From: Octopus vulgaris
Lineage: Eukaryota
Length of the DNA: 64,000 nt
NCBI GenBank assembly: GCA_951406725.2
Contig: OX597838.1
Span: 31,434,001 to 31,498,000, forward strand
Reading direction: 5' to 3'
The notes under the pieces: generated by a model
What the model saw: the letters and a program-made list of their open reading frames with translations, nothing else
Databases searched by the model: none
What the model was told of the DNA's origin: nothing
Shown: piece by piece, positions 1 through 17,377 of the stretch
Numbering within the stretch: position 1 is the stretch's first letter
Layout: each line of letters begins with the position of its first letter
Made by a program: the position numbers and the translations under genes

Positions 1-514
1 AAAAAAAAATAACGTTCCCAATTCTCAGTTATTTTTTATTGAAATCACATCATTGTGAGAATTCTGCTAAGTTAATTAGCATTTCAAACATTGCACCATC
101 TGGTTATGATGGCAGAGTTTTAAGAAAAAGAAAAAAATATTGAAATTATAATAAATCATTAAAATCTGAGCCCTTCCCCGCTCCTTGCAGATAGCTTCCT
201 TTAAAGTCTATTTAAAACTGCCTCGAAAGAATGACATAACAAAATCTCTCTCACAGAATAAATCAACACTTGAGATTAGATGACCTCAAATATTTTTCCA
301 TACACATTTAGTCATTCATTAAAACATATTTAGACAAAGTTTTCACATAACTAATTCACACATACTGTCTCTAAGCAATGCTGGGAACAGAAGTTTCCAA
401 ATTTGTTCAACAGTAACAAAAATATTATTAAAATATTCTATCAAGGAATATCCTACTTTAAATACAATGTTTAAAAAAAGCTACACTGAATGGTTATATT
501 GCATGACTTACTAA

Positions 515-565
<51 letters not shown>

Positions 566-2426
566 TACACATGTATACCTACATACACTACTTACTTGGA
601 TATAAATCACTATTCTATCATAGCTTTTAATTGAAAAAACTGGGATACAACATATACACTGAAGAAAGCTAAAACTAAAAGGGGAAAAAAATTTGTACTA
701 AGATTTAATACCAAATTAAGGGTGTGACTTACAGATGAGTCAATACACAAGAGCCCATCATGTGTATGTGTGTGTAGATATATATATATATATATATACA
801 TACACACACACACACACATACATAATCTTGCGTTTTGAGTCAGGTAAATTAATTTATTGGCTAAAAGCTTAAGATTTGGCTGGTAGTTCTCAAAACAAAC
901 AATTAAGTCAACATGACAGCAAGTTAGAGCTGGTTGTCAACAACAAAAGCACTTGGATTGATAGATAAATCAACCTATGTGTTAAGTGCTATCAATGAGA
1001 TAGTCTTATATGGCAAAACACAATAGCAGTAACTCAGTCCAACCAACACTTAAAACACAGTTTGATAGCTGAGTGGTAAAGTGCAAATCTACCTGCATGC
1101 CTGTAAGTTTTTAAACTGAGAACATGAATTATAAGACAATAATTACTACTAGCAATAAATTTAAGAGAAAACATAAACATGCAACATATTGATTTTGTGC
1201 ATAGGAAACATTTAACATTCTATGGTGTATCTTGTCTTCTTTGACAGACAACAAAGCAGGACAGTTATGTATTGTGATCACCATACATATTGGTGTCTTC
1301 ACTAAAGATAACAGATACTGAAAGACCACAAGACTTTGGGAAACTACTAGAAATGATCCATCAAAAATTTCTTTTAACTGAAATCAGTGAAAATACATCC
1401 AAACTGCATCTGTTGCACATAACATCTTCAAACAAGGAAAGAACTTTGCCAAATATTCACACAAAATTTGATTATGAAATATTTTTAAATGTTATTTACA
1501 ATTGCTGTTGCTACTAGTTGATTTATCTGCCCTTTCCCTTAACTAACCGGGCACATGGCCTTGTGGTTAGGGTTTTGAGTCCATAATCATAAGGCCATGG
1601 GTTCAATTCTTGAAAAATGTTCTGCTGTGTCCTTGAATAAAGTACATAATTTCACATTCTGCCAGTTCTACCCAGCTGAAAATGAATACTGATCAAGTGC
1701 TAGTGTAACCCTTTCTTCCTCCAGCTGTTCCACTGGGTTAAGGGTGCGAGAACCACGAAGGGATCTATATCTGCTTGCAACCACATAAGCACCTAGAACA
1801 AACAGCGAAAGCATGGTACAAGCCACCAGGTTATACTCTCCTGCGAGTGACAGTTAAACACCAAACAAGCAAGCCCTCCTCAGCTTGCTACCCCTACCTC
1901 CTCCTGTTCATGTTTTACTATTTTATTTACATCAGAAAGATTTTTTTTTTTAAACAAAGCAGAGGAATTTACAATAACAATAGTGATTGTCAAATATTGA
2001 CAACGGAATAAACTGCTACAATAAATATGTCAATGTAACCTAAAACCTCGCAGTTGGAAAATATGTGTGTCTAATCGAGACAACTGCTTTAACACTTTCT
2101 CGCAATTGTCTTTGATCTACAAATCACTAACAATGTCAACACCAAATACACAGACAGGCAGACAAGATGAAGCCTGCAGATAAAGTTCTCTAAGATTTCT
2201 CAAATTTCTGAGATGACTTCCTTCCTATCCGCCTACAAAATGGCAGTTTATGAAAACCAGTTTTTTTTTTCTTTTCTTTTATCTCTTTTTGTTGTTTGTT
2301 TCTTTCAACTCTGAGTCACTTTCTAAAGACACTCAATATAACATATGTAACATGTGATGTGATGTTTAAAGCCCCAGAAGTTGCGATTTTTCATCTAAGA
2401 AAAATTCCTTTCTCAAGACATATAGT

Positions 2427-2786
2427 CAGTGGTTCTCAACTGTGGCTCATACAGTCTCATATGACCCTCAAGCATCCTTTCCATGGCCCTCATCATCATC
2501 ATCATCATCATCATCGTTTAACGTCCGTTCTCCATGCTAGCATGGGTTGGATGGTTCGACCGGGGATCTGGGAAGCCAGAAGGCTGCACCAGGCTCCGGT
2601 CTTATCTGGCAATGTTTCTACAGCTGGATGCCCTTCCTAATGCCAACCACTCCATGAATGTAGTGGGTGCTTTTTACATAAATTTTTATTTGACTTGACC
2701 GATGTTTTACATATTTTGGTGCAGCCCACTAAAAGAGTCTAGGCTTTTGGACCCAGCTCGGTTAACAAAAAGGTTGAGAACCACTG
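2427..2786. mobile_element. hAT (Charlie-like) MITE with a nested SINE
   Basis: TIRs CAGTGGTTCTCAAC / GTTGAGAACCACTG; 8-bp TSD CATATAGT / CTTATAGT; a related inverted copy lies at 52183-52340. Confidence 0.85.
2489..2679 (-). mobile_element. (GAT)n-tailed SINE fragment
   Basis: (CAT)n-CGTTTAACGTCC...GGATGCCCTTCC; same family at ~16800-17055, 29848-30035, 47091-47295, 52561-52765 and 55882-56052. Confidence 0.75.
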
Positions 2787-5650
2787 CTTATAGTATTAAA
2801 AAAAACACAATATACATTGGAGCTAGACGAAATGAAATCGCCCTCAGAAGTGATCACAAGAGCAAAAGATACATATTTTGCAGTTGTTGCAGCTTACCAA
2901 TGTCTGGTATTCATATCACTTCCGAAACAAAATCAAATCAGCCTCACTGAAGTATATACAGATGATGTATAAACTATATACTAGTATGCAATGGCACCGA
3001 ATAACCAGAATAAATTCTAATTATGCAATAGTACAGCTCAATAATAAAAACTTTGTATCAAAACAAACATACTTAATGTATGCATGTTATAATTTTGTAA
3101 ATGTTTGTTAATGGTTTGTAATTTATCCACAATTTACTTTTATATTGGATATTATCACACACCTCCCCTCATCTTTCATTTCATACAAACAAAACCAGTT
3201 TTCAACATGGTAAACTACAAATCATTGTTCCACTGACCTTGTTCCAATCAGTTTTCAGGTAATGCAAGTAAATTAAAGCAATTATTACTACAACCACCTG
3301 TTTTAAGTACAATTTCACCACCACAACATGTTTGCTGTGATTATATCAACGGCTCTTTATCAGGCGAGAACATAACTTCTCTATTGTTACAAAGTTGCCA
3401 TTTCAAAGAACAGTTTTATAATCATCCACAAATGGAAAACAGATCACCCACCAGGTGTTCCATCTTCGATTTGTTTACACACCTAGAGTAAAAACTTAAG
3501 CAAAAGCAAGTACGTTTTATTTTTCTCTTTTAGAAAAAAGCTTCACCTCAGAGTCATTATGGATGGCATGGTTGGCTGCAGATTGTTCGATAAAAATTGT
3601 TGCAGATCTTAATATTTTGTTTGGAACATTGTAGGTAGACAACCATGGTGACAAGGGGACATATGAATCTGTGTTTCCTAACTATTCGGAATAGGATATG
3701 GTAACAACAATAGAAGTGCTACAATGTGATATACTGCTTATATCACATTTCATAATGTCATATATTATTATATATCACAGTGAGAAAGTGTTATATTGGA
3801 AGATTGCAATGTGAGAAAGGTGACAACTTCATTCATTCACATTTTTAACAAGATGTAAATATATACAACCATAACAGCATAAATTTATGGTCTAGATGGC
3901 ATTAATTGTTCAACTCCAGTTTAGCTTGCAGACCTATGATCATGATTCCAGTTATGACCATCCAGTTTTTTAATCAACCTGTACCTTAGGACAACATCTA
4001 ATGTGTCCTTTATTTTAAGATAGAAGAACAGGACTTGAGGAACATTAAGTTACTATTTCAAAAGGTTGAGCAACCACATAGAGGTTTCCTGTCAACATTG
4101 ACTTCAACAGATTTGCATATAATGCCATGTAAAATAAAGATTTAGAAGAATCACTAGAAGCACCATATCCATTGACTGCATATTTAAAGAATCTAATTGC
4201 CAGCCCGAGTATCGTTGTTTGTTTCCCACAGAGCAACAGCTGCAAACTGCAGCAAAGTTTGAAGTTAATTTTCGAAAGAATTTTATTAAAAAAATCAGTA
4301 TAGTTGACCTGTCCAGTACACAACAATAATAAGCAAAACAATACTGACAATATTATTCTTCAGAAAACATGATGTAAGTGCGGAAAAGTAATTAAAAGAG
4401 ATCTGTTCCAGTTCATTGTTAATCATCATCTTACAGACTGTTTACAAATTATAATCTAACAAACATGTTTAATTAACGAATACAAGAACTAAAGTGACAT
4501 AAATTCTACAAACAAATGCTGTTAATTCAGCACGACATTTTGATCTTCAGCCACTCCTTTTGATCTTGTAATATATCATCTATGAAGTTGAATATTGCAA
4601 GATCTCATCTCACCATTTCCTTCCATACACACATCAATACACCATATGATCCAGACATTTAATAAACAGTGAGGGCCTAATCTATATAGTACTGACAATT
4701 TGTAACTATCTTGCAACAGCTGTGTGCACTAATAAATAATTCCATACCAAATTGGATGCAACAAGACTTGGTTGCACATAAATCAATGCATATTGTTTAC
4801 ACACAAACCCCACCGATGATGGTCCACAGATCGAATTTAAGTCTGCAGCATGTCTCCACTCAAAGTTTAACATTCAAGCTGCCTGTCATAAAGCATTCCA
4901 TGTAGGAAATGTTTAGATAAAGTTATAATTACATTGAATTGTTGGATATCAGTGCAAAACTAAAATAAAATAAACTAGAGTATTTTCAAAATGTCAAGAG
5001 TATTGTTCGATAAATTAGATGACAATAGTTGTTAAGTTTATATTATGTTTTGAAAGTTCCAATTAAAGATGTCGCACTGATAAATAGATATTTCTACAAC
5101 AACTTCTCTTCATAATGAACAACTGAAAACTGAAATCAAATGTTTTAAATTGACACTGATAAATAATTGGTGATTGATTAACCCAATAAGGCTAATTAAT
5201 AATCAAGTTTGTCGTATTTTCATCCTCTTTGTTTTCAAATGATAAGCTTATATTTAATTAAGACACTTAAACAAAAAAAAAATTGAAGTCAATTTAGCAT
5301 TCAATTAAAATGACTGTTAAAACAAAATTAAAAACCCATATAAATTACAAAGGATGAAACCGATGTGGGTGTAGACTTAAATGCTTCATCAATGGAAAGA
5401 TAAAATGAAATAAGCTAAATAATTAACTTTTAGAAGATGATTAAGTTGATTTACAAACAGTAATACGATTGTGTAGGTAAGGTGTTTTACTGCAGACCAC
5501 ATGGTCATGGGTTCAAACTACACAAGATCCATTTCATTGTCCACTTCAGAAAAATAAACATTCTTATCTGTGTATGTATATCTATATAGTTATGTGCATG
5601 CATATAATGGGGGGGGGGGGGGACAAAAGCAACGAAGAAAACAAACTTAC

Positions 5651-5900
5651 CTTTCAAACTGGGGGATAGCAATGTGTCCAAACTAAGGGGCTTGTCCCCG
5701 TACCAAAATATCCATAATTCCTTGCCGTATGCTAACTGGTCAGGTAACCTTTGCTCTGAATTGCGTAGTACCCGTCTCCAGACACACAAGATATCTGACT
5801 GGATACACCTCGTGTAGGAATCCAACACTGGATCATCCAGTGGGTCCACACTCACGTTATCTGCATTCAACTTACGCCATTTTATGCCGCAGAGATCAGT
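5651..5900 (-). CDS. MED13: Mediator complex subunit 13, coding exon 2 (TDLCGIKWRK...DDPVLDSYTRCIQSDILCVWRR...KELWIFWYGDKP...SLK)
   Basis: Poly-T tract plus CAG acceptor at 5901-5903 and GTAAGT donor at 5650-5645; 250 nt, phase 0 to phase 1. Carries the MED13 N-terminal motifs DLxGIKW, DPxLxS(Y/F)xRC, VWRR and ELWIFW. Confidence 0.95.
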
Positions 5901-8900
5901 CTGTAAAAAAAAAAAGAGAGATATCATTCACAACATAGCCAGACAGAAAAGTAACTTTTAATTCCATAAATATTTCAAGTGTTTACAATAAAAACATGTC
6001 TAGTTTTTATATTTTCAACATTGCATCAATAAAATAATTTTTTATAAAAATTACATAATTTTTTTTATTTCAGAATAATATAAAAAAAATAATGTAAAAA
6101 CAAAATTGAGAAATATTTTTATCAAGAGATAAGATAGAGAATGACAAAGATGGTCTTGAATTTCTTACAATGAAATACATTTATAACAGATGTTGTATAT
6201 TTTTTTTAACACATCAAACATGTTGAGTGATTATATAAATACCCAACAAGATCCACCCTAAAATTTGACATCAAACAGAACTAGGAAATTAATAATAACC
6301 AGGAATGTTGCCATTTTCTCTTTTCATTTCTTGTTTTGTTTTTTTTTTGTTTTTTTGTCTTGGAGTAAAAATCGATCCACTAGGATTGAGCACAATTCAC
6401 AACTGCAGCTTATAATGCAACTATTTGCAACCACTGCTTGTAAGATACCTTGACACACACACTGACATCATGTTAGAACACTGACAACAAAACTACCATA
6501 ACACAACTGCAATGAAAGCCCTCTATTCATCATTACATTAGAAATACTAGAAGGTAACTACCAAAACCGTAACAGAATCTAAGAAATATTAAAGTTACAC
6601 ATCAAAATGACAGTTATTACAAGCCAATAAAAAGTACAAGCTAATCATATGGCTTGTGGGCGGAGGTGGATGTGCTTTATCTCTGGCTATCGAAAACAGA
6701 GAGAAAAAAATCAGCAACGAACCAACAGAAACCTGTTTTTTTTGCAAACATCTATAAAACGAATGCAAAAGGATTGTTTTTCTTTTGACATCTTATCCAA
6801 TTTCAATTAGAAACAGCTGCAACTGCAACAATTAATTAGCAAATGTTATAGAAACGATATGTTAACCTGTGATTGACTTTCAAAAAAATCTCCACTAAAA
6901 GCTTACTAATCAAAGAGTATTTTTATTCACATGTCCGTTTCATGTTTGTGCCTGTTTACTATTGGCAAACATCTTTAGTGAAAAAGTGTTTGAAGTGATA
7001 GTAGCCGCCACATCTATTAGTCATATTAAAACCTGTATACATAGTCGGAGCTGAATAGAAAATTCAATCAGTTGAAACAGTTACTACATCTCACTTGTAG
7101 TTTTCTTCAGATTTTTGCATTAAAAATAAATCTACATTTTATTTTTAACCTACGAGACCAATTGAAAAACATAAAGGAGAATTAGCAGAAGGTATGAACT
7201 AGTATTGTAGAATAAGCAAATCTCAACACTCCATCTTTAGTGATGTGACATTATTCACATTATTTCTAGTAATAATAATAATATTAATAAAGTTTTCGAA
7301 TTTTAGCACAAGGCCAGCAAATTTGGGAAAGGGGTTAAGTCAATTACATTGATACCAGTGTTCAACTGGTACTTATTTTACAGACCCTAAAAGGATGAAA
7401 GGCAAAGTCAACCTCGGTAGAATGACAACAATCATAATGGTTTCTAATTTAGATATGAGGCAACAATTTTAAGGAAAACTGGTTAATCAATTGCATCAAG
7501 CTCAGAGTTCTTGACAGCCAATGAAATAAGCACCAGGATCTGGGACCTTATTTCATTGACAACCCCACCAACTCACAGCCTTCTCATAACGCTTAGCTTT
7601 GAAGTTTGATAGAACTGTTTATACTGACAGTGGAAGGAGCAACAGTAGATTTTTGGCACCATAATACCAGGGCTGCATCAGATGGATTAACCTTGTCAAC
7701 CCGGAAAATGTCTTCAATGACCATGCTGTAACAAGCTCCTTGGCCTTTTCTTGATGCGGGCAGATAGCAACAATTGGTCTTGCATATAATTACTAAGACT
7801 TGGCACCCTGGAGGAGACAGCTCAGCATTGCCTTACTATGATGACACAACATAAAAAGTACCAATCTACTGTAGCTATAAGCCCCTACTCAGTGAACCTT
7901 TACAGCGACAGCAGACACTTCTCTACAAACACAGACTGACGCAAAACAAACAATCACCCAATTTGGCCGCAGGTGTGGTGCCCAAATATAAAGGTCTGAG
8001 AAGTTGTGACACTGATTTCTTTGAGAAATGTCGTTTAACCCCAGATCACCGCTGACTGAATAAACCTATGACCAAAGGCATTCCAGCTATGACTACCCCA
8101 TACCACACACAGCTTAAAGTGTAGAACATCCCCTTCATCAGATCACAATGATTTTAGCACCTTCCAACAGTAACCTCCATGCACAGTGAAACCAAGCAGC
8201 AGTGGTTCTACCAAGGGACATCTTGAAGGATTCTTGCGTCCCCACACAGTGGCATGTTTCTTTCCTCCATCATCCATGCAACCACCACACTCAACTGGAT
8301 GTAACCACTCCAACCATGCATCAATGTATTACATCTCACAACTCACTAATTCCTTCTTTGCCCTCAGTTTTAGTCTTTCTCTCACACACCTCTCCCAGAT
8401 CCAGGATGGAGCACTCCCTTCTTCACCTCTAATTAATAAATCATTGCTCTATCCTTCTTAAATCCCATGCCAGCCATATACAGATATTTATATTTACACA
8501 CACACACATTCCATATTTATATTTACTAGAGACAGAACCATTCTAACGCTGGTGCCCGCTCCCCATACACTCAGTAAAATGGCTGGTGGTAGGAGTGCAT
8601 CTAGTCATAGGAACCAGGTCCATCTAGGAAAACAATAAATCTAAATAAGAATTGACTAGGATCTTAGCAACATGTACAACCCATGCGTTAAAGTAGTCAT
8701 TAAAATGATGATGATGATGATGATGATGATATAAAGAAATAAAACATTCTGAGATAAGCACATTATTGTCAATAGTGAACCGGTATCAATATTCATTAAT
8801 GACCCTTTAAAAGGTAAAGTATTGATAGTAAAAAGACAGAAAACCTGTTTGTATGGTAAAATAAAGTTTACTATTCAATCCATTGCAGGAAGATAACAAG

Positions 8901-9092
8901 AGATTACAAGTACTTATAACACAAACTGAATTGCAAGCAAAGAAGACTTAAGGTGGTTGATAGAGCTGCTAGAAATAGCAGCAAAATATTTCTCAAATCA
9001 CACCCCACCATCTTAAAAAGACGAAGGACAATGGTTAACATAGAGTTAGATAGAGAGTGTGCTTTAAAAATGATTGGTTTACTACAGCTTAA

Positions 9093-9301
9093 CCCTTTTG
9101 TTACCATATTTCTGTTGAGATGCTGTTTCTTTCAATTAATTTTAAATATAACAAAGAATTTAGTAAAAAAAACTTCGATATTATTAAGCTTGCGTTAGGA
9201 ACATAAATTGTGACTAAAGTTTGGTGGAAGATTTTAATTCAAAACTTTTGAAAACTAGAGATTTGTATTACAAAGCCAGAGGCAGGTTGGTATCAAAAGG
9301 G
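9093..9301. mobile_element. piggyBac-type MITE
   Basis: TTAA|CCCTTTTGTTACCA...TGGTATCAAAAGGG|TTAA, i.e. TTAA TSD and CCC-starting TIRs. Confidence 0.85.
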
Positions 9302-10642
9302 TTAAACACCTTTGATGCTGGTTAAGGATTCACCCAGGATTAAATAACAACTGAATTACAGACAGGATGAAAATTTCTAAAAAAAAGTATTCCAGATGTC
9401 TTCTACTATAGCCCTGGGCTGACCAAAGCCTCGTTACTGAATTTGGCAAACAGAAACTGAAAGAAATTCATTATGTATCAGTGTGCATGTGTGTATTTGC
9501 CACCACTTGACAACTGATGTTGGTCTGTTCCCATTCCCATAACTTAGCAGTTTGGCAAAAGAAACTGATAGTATAAGTACTAGACACAAAAAAGCAAATA
9601 CTGGGGTCGATTTGTTCAACTAAAACCCTTCAAAGTGGTGCCCCAGACAGCCACAGTCCAACGACTGAAACAAGTAGAATATAAAAGATATATATCCATT
9701 GATAAATAACTAAGGAGAAGTACTCAATACAAATGTAGAGCGAACTGTCTACTTTTGGCTCATCCAGTAGCCTGTCAATCTAGAGTCGTTTCTAGGACAT
9801 GCAGCCAGTTCCTCAGACACACACACACACACACATAACCAATATGAAAATGGTAGAAATCATTTAAACCAACATCACTATATCAAGTCATTGACTGGGT
9901 GTGTGTGGGGTGGTGTGTGAGTAATACAGTAAACTACAGTAGGGTTTAAACTTACAACATAGGACCAACCTGTCACCGCCCATTAATGCAAGCACGACTT
10001 GGTCCTTTGATACCTTAAAAGAAGTCCATTCAGATGAAGGCATTCTTTCCCAACCCATATGATAATGACCAAGGTGGACACTGGCCACATCACTCACACC
10101 AATTCAGGAGAATTGTCCCTCTTCCCTAAGTTAACTTATAATAAAAAATAGAAATTAAATGCTACATTTCTAATTTGGGGGACTAATAAATCATCTTTCA
10201 AAGAGAATCCAGGGCCTCCTTCAGTGATAGCTTACTATGGTTTTTTCTGTGGCTGAGTAATTTCCTTTCCAAGGTGCAGCCCTGAGTAAGCTTTCTTTTG
10301 TGCAAAACAAACAGTTGACCATTCGTGCAAAGTCTTCATTTCCCATATCCACTGAAGATGTCTAAGGAAAAGACTAAGAGCAACTCAACTGAGCACCAGC
10401 ATCATCACAGGTAAAGAACTGAAACATTGCAAGACATCCCATCTGATGTTCTTCCAATTGTGCTAATCCACCATGCCGGATTTGTACTTTGCTGTCAACA
10501 CTAGAAGGCTGAAAGGCTGAGTTGACTTTGGTGAGATTTGTATTCTGTGTGCAGAGAGTTGAAACAAGTATGAGGTAGTCTATCTGATACTATAAGGACT
10601 ATGAATTAGTCACATTTTAGATAACATTGTTTCAATACATAC

Positions 10643-10692
10643 ATCCATAACGAGTTTCAATTAGTGTTGTCTCCAATTATCATCAGACGGAT
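10643..10692 (-). ncRNA. Degenerate minimal type I hammerhead ribozyme fold, sense within MED13 intron 1
   Basis: Minus strand ATCCGT-CTGATGA-T-AATTGG-AGACAACA-CTAATT-GAAA-C-TC-G-TT-ATGGAT: stem I 6 bp, stem II 6 bp, minimal stem III, GUU cleavage triplet. Confidence 0.6.
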
Positions 10693-11768
10693 TATTTCTA
10701 GCATTGTACAGTGCTAGACTAGATTCAAAACTAGTGTCTTTATTTTCAAGCTAAAGGTTCACATCAACTTCAGGACTATATACAAATCAAGGAAATGAAG
10801 TAAAATATCTGACGATCAAAGATTAAAACAATCAAAATGTAATGTAGATGATGTAAATATTTAAATATTTTTCATGTCTTAAAAAGTTTTAAGGAAATTA
10901 ATTTCTCAACAATAACTTGTCTCAGGTATTTAGATATTTCAACTAAATCCTGTAAAATATACTTCATTACTTTACTGCCTTTATCATTATTCTCAAAATT
11001 GTCTTAATAAACTAAGTCATATCAGAATTATAAAATAATTTTATAGGCAACAAATGACTCTCAAAGAGAGTATATGATGTACTCTCTAGGTTCATTCGAT
11101 TTCTAATCTCTGTAGTGGACATCATGGTTGGCAGAGTGAACACAACCCCATAATAGAGTGGCACCACTTTACAAAATGAGAAACAAAAACTGGCAGTTCA
11201 TTCTTTCTACTAGAGGCACAAGACCTGAAGAGAGGGGGCTGGTTCATTACATCAACACCAGTGCGCATCTGGTACTTTTTTTTCACACTGGCATGAGGTC
11301 CTAAATGGTATGCAGCTGAGGGTAGGTTAACATAGCTGGCTGAATTAACATAAGTGCATGCCTGGTACTTACTTTAGCAACTACAGACAGGATTTGGCTT
11401 CAGAATTATAGCAAAATAAAAACAAATGCTGCACACTACTATTTACAACAGCCCAATGCCCTAATTCTAAAAAACAACAATTTTCGTATCAATTTGTAAT
11501 AACAACAAATAAAATATGTAGAAAAAGTATTTCTTAAAGTATATGCATTGTCAGGTAATAAATACACACACACACACACAACAAAGTAGAAGAAACAGGT
11601 TTTTTTTAAAAAACATATTTCTCCTATTAGAGTTATTTTGTAATAATGTGCCAAGAAAATTTATTGGGAATTAGTTATTCGCTTGACAAAACTTTCCCAC
11701 CAAGTTGTCCTGCCGCCTGACAATTATTAAGTACATTGGAATGTATATAAGTATGCTTAACATGCACT

Positions 11769-14519
<2,751 letters not shown>

Positions 14520-15350
14520 CCATCATTTTAATACTGCCTACTCCCCATGCATACTGGGTCAAACAAAATTCGTTGAGGCAGGTTTTTGTACCACCAAATG
14601 CTTGTCTTGTCACCAATCCTCACCTGTTTCCAAAGATTGTCCTCTGAACGCAAAACGGACAATGCCTAGACATGTTTTTACAGAAGAATGCAAGCAAACA
14701 CAACTTTGCTTGTATGATGGTGAAGTTTGTTTGCAATTGCTATACTACGTCCCAAAGACACACACACAGAGATGTGCATGCCTCATACCATGGGACTGAA
14801 CAAGAAAGTATGTGGATACAAATCAAACTTCCTTAATAACACAGCCGTATCTGCACCTACCATAGAGATATATAAATACACACTCAATACAACAGATATG
14901 TATTCATAAATAAGTGCAAGGCAGGAAACTAGTAGAGCCACAACAGTATCAAACAAACTGCCTTGTAGTATTTATCATCGCTCTACAATCTAAGACTGAA
15001 TCCTACTGTGACCCACCTGGGTGGGTAGACTTATCCATTGGTCAGTTAAAAACCATCACCTGGTCTTTGAGTGCTTCAGATAAGCCTACTTGACAACAAA
15101 AATATTCAAGTCAGGTCTCCAAGATACTTTTTCATTCATAAATGCTACCAGCCATGGAGGCCCTAAAAGGGTTCCTGGTGCATTATTGCCTTTCTTTCTA
15201 AGTAATATATATATATATATATGCATGTTATCTTTTACTTGTTCTAGTCATTCAACTATGGCCATGCTGAGGCACCACTCAGAAAAAAGGGTAGGGCTTA
15301 CAGCTCCTTCATTTCCCAAACCATCAGCCATCAAAGTTACTAACTAGGGT

Positions 15351-15638
15351 CAATACCACTTAATTTTGTTGACTGGATGAAAACTAATGTTATGAGCAAT
15401 ATTATATATATGTGTATAAACATATATAATACATGTAGGGGCATACATATAATATGTACACAAGTATACATATATATAATTATTTTATATTACAGTAATT
15501 AAATTTAATAAATATGCATTGTAAGATAGCAAATTAAAAATGCAAATTGATTTGGCTCCAGTCTAATTAACCCAAAATAGAGTGGACCACAATAATTACA
15601 AGAGTAATGAACACTCATGATCGATCTCTACCTCCACT

Positions 15639-15675
<37 letters not shown>

Positions 15676-15680
15676 TACAT

Positions 15681-15715
<35 letters not shown>

Positions 15716-16436
15716 CACATACACAAACACACATATATCATGGACAGAGGAAGGAAAATCAGCAAGATGGCTGACAGCATAGGGGCAGGTTAGGGGGAAA
15801 GAAGCATAAAAATTCTCCCTCAAATTTGAAGGAGCAAACTAGAGGAGGGAGAGTAGGTGGAAATGATAGTGCAGACAATTGAAAAGGTCATTTGGTTCTG
15901 ATCTGTGCTGTTTTACTGAGGAGGACAGCAAATAAAATAGACTTGAAAAGACAAATCTTTCTCGCTACCACCACCAGCTCACTCATACAGGAAGTCTACT
16001 GCACTGTAGTATATATGTGTATAGTTAACAATTAAAGGTGATAGAGAAGAAGGCAGACACAGTGGAGGGAGAGGAGAAAGACGGGCGGGTGGGGGGGGGG
16101 TTATATGCCACACATGAATAAGAATGACTAAATGTAAATGATTTGCAATACCACTTAATTTTGTTGACTGGATGAAAACTAATGTTATGAGCAATATTAT
16201 ATATATGTGTATAAACATATATAATACATGTAGGGGCATACATATAATATGTACACAAGTATACATATATATAATTATTTTATATTACAGTAATTAAATT
16301 TAATAAATATGCATTGTAAGATAGCAAATTAAAAAATGCAAATTGATTTGGCTCCAGTCTAATTAACCCAAAATAGAGTGGACCACAATAATTACAAGAG
16401 TAATGAACACTCATGATCGATCTCTACACTCCTACT

Positions 16437-16475
<39 letters not shown>

Positions 16476-16482
16476 TACATAC
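15351..16482. repeat. Direct duplication of ~330 bp (15351-15682 and 16146-16482)
   Basis: Near-identical unique sequence CAATACCACTTAATTTTG...CACTCATGATCGATCTCTAC, offset 795 bp. Confidence 0.9.
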
Positions 16483-16498
16483 TCAGGCCATGACAGGT

Positions 16499-16562
<64 letters not shown>

Positions 16563-17377
16563 ACTTGTGACAAGTATGACAAGAAATGGTGACAGGTAAG
16601 ATATGGTGAAGAGATATGAAACAGGAGAGGTGGTGGGTGGACCAGAGATAAAGAAAGTCATTTGGTTCTGAGATTGTTTTACTGAGGGGGACAGCAAAGT
16701 AGGAATTCATGAAGTAATCGAAACAAAATAGGGAACAGGTAGGAGTAAAGTGTAAAATAGAGACTTGATAGTAGTGAAAGAGAGAGAGAGGAATATATAT
16801 CATCATCATCGTTTAACGTCTGCTTTCCATGCTGCAATGGGTTGGACGGTTTGACTGTGGACTGGTGAGCCAGAGGCTGCACTAGGCTCAATCTGATCTG
16901 GCAAAGTTTCTACAGCAGGATGCACTTCCCAATGCCAACCACTCTGAGAGTGTAGTGGGTACTTTTACGTGACACCGGCACGAGGGCCAGTCAGGTGGTT
17001 CTGGCAATGACCACATTCAAAAGGTGTTTTTTACATGCTACCTGCACGGGAGCCAGTTCGATTCAGGAAAAAAAAAAGCAGGTATTTGGAGAAAAAAGCA
17101 AGTATTTGCAGAAAAAAGGGTAGGGTCATAGAGAGTGAGAGATGAGATGCAAATGTTCTAAGAGTAAAAAGCAGAACAGGAGAAAATGAAAGAGAAAGTA
17201 CACTTGTAGAGAAGAAATATAAATAAATGATGATATTTTAATAATGATAATAATCCCTTCTAATCTAGACACAAGGCCTAAAATTTGGTGAGAGGAGGCC
17301 AGTCGATTAGATCAACACCAGTATGCAATTGATACTTAATTTCTCAACCCCGAAAGGATGAAAGGCAAAGTCAACCT

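Noticed and set aside
3440-3475. Possible MED13 exon 3 (EIEDGT-like peptide)
   Set aside because: No AG acceptor, an in-frame stop follows, and the expected GLSYECR/LFKA motifs are absent; exon 3 probably lies outside the window.
7519-7560. Hairpin CAATGAAATAAG...CTTATTTCATTG as a pre-miRNA
   Set aside because: Too short (about 40 nt) and explained by two inverted fragments of the SINE motif ATAAAATAAGTACCAG.
9778-9820. Third hammerhead-like motif on the minus strand (CTGAGGA...GAAAC)
   Set aside because: Stems I-III do not pair convincingly; at best a heavily decayed copy.
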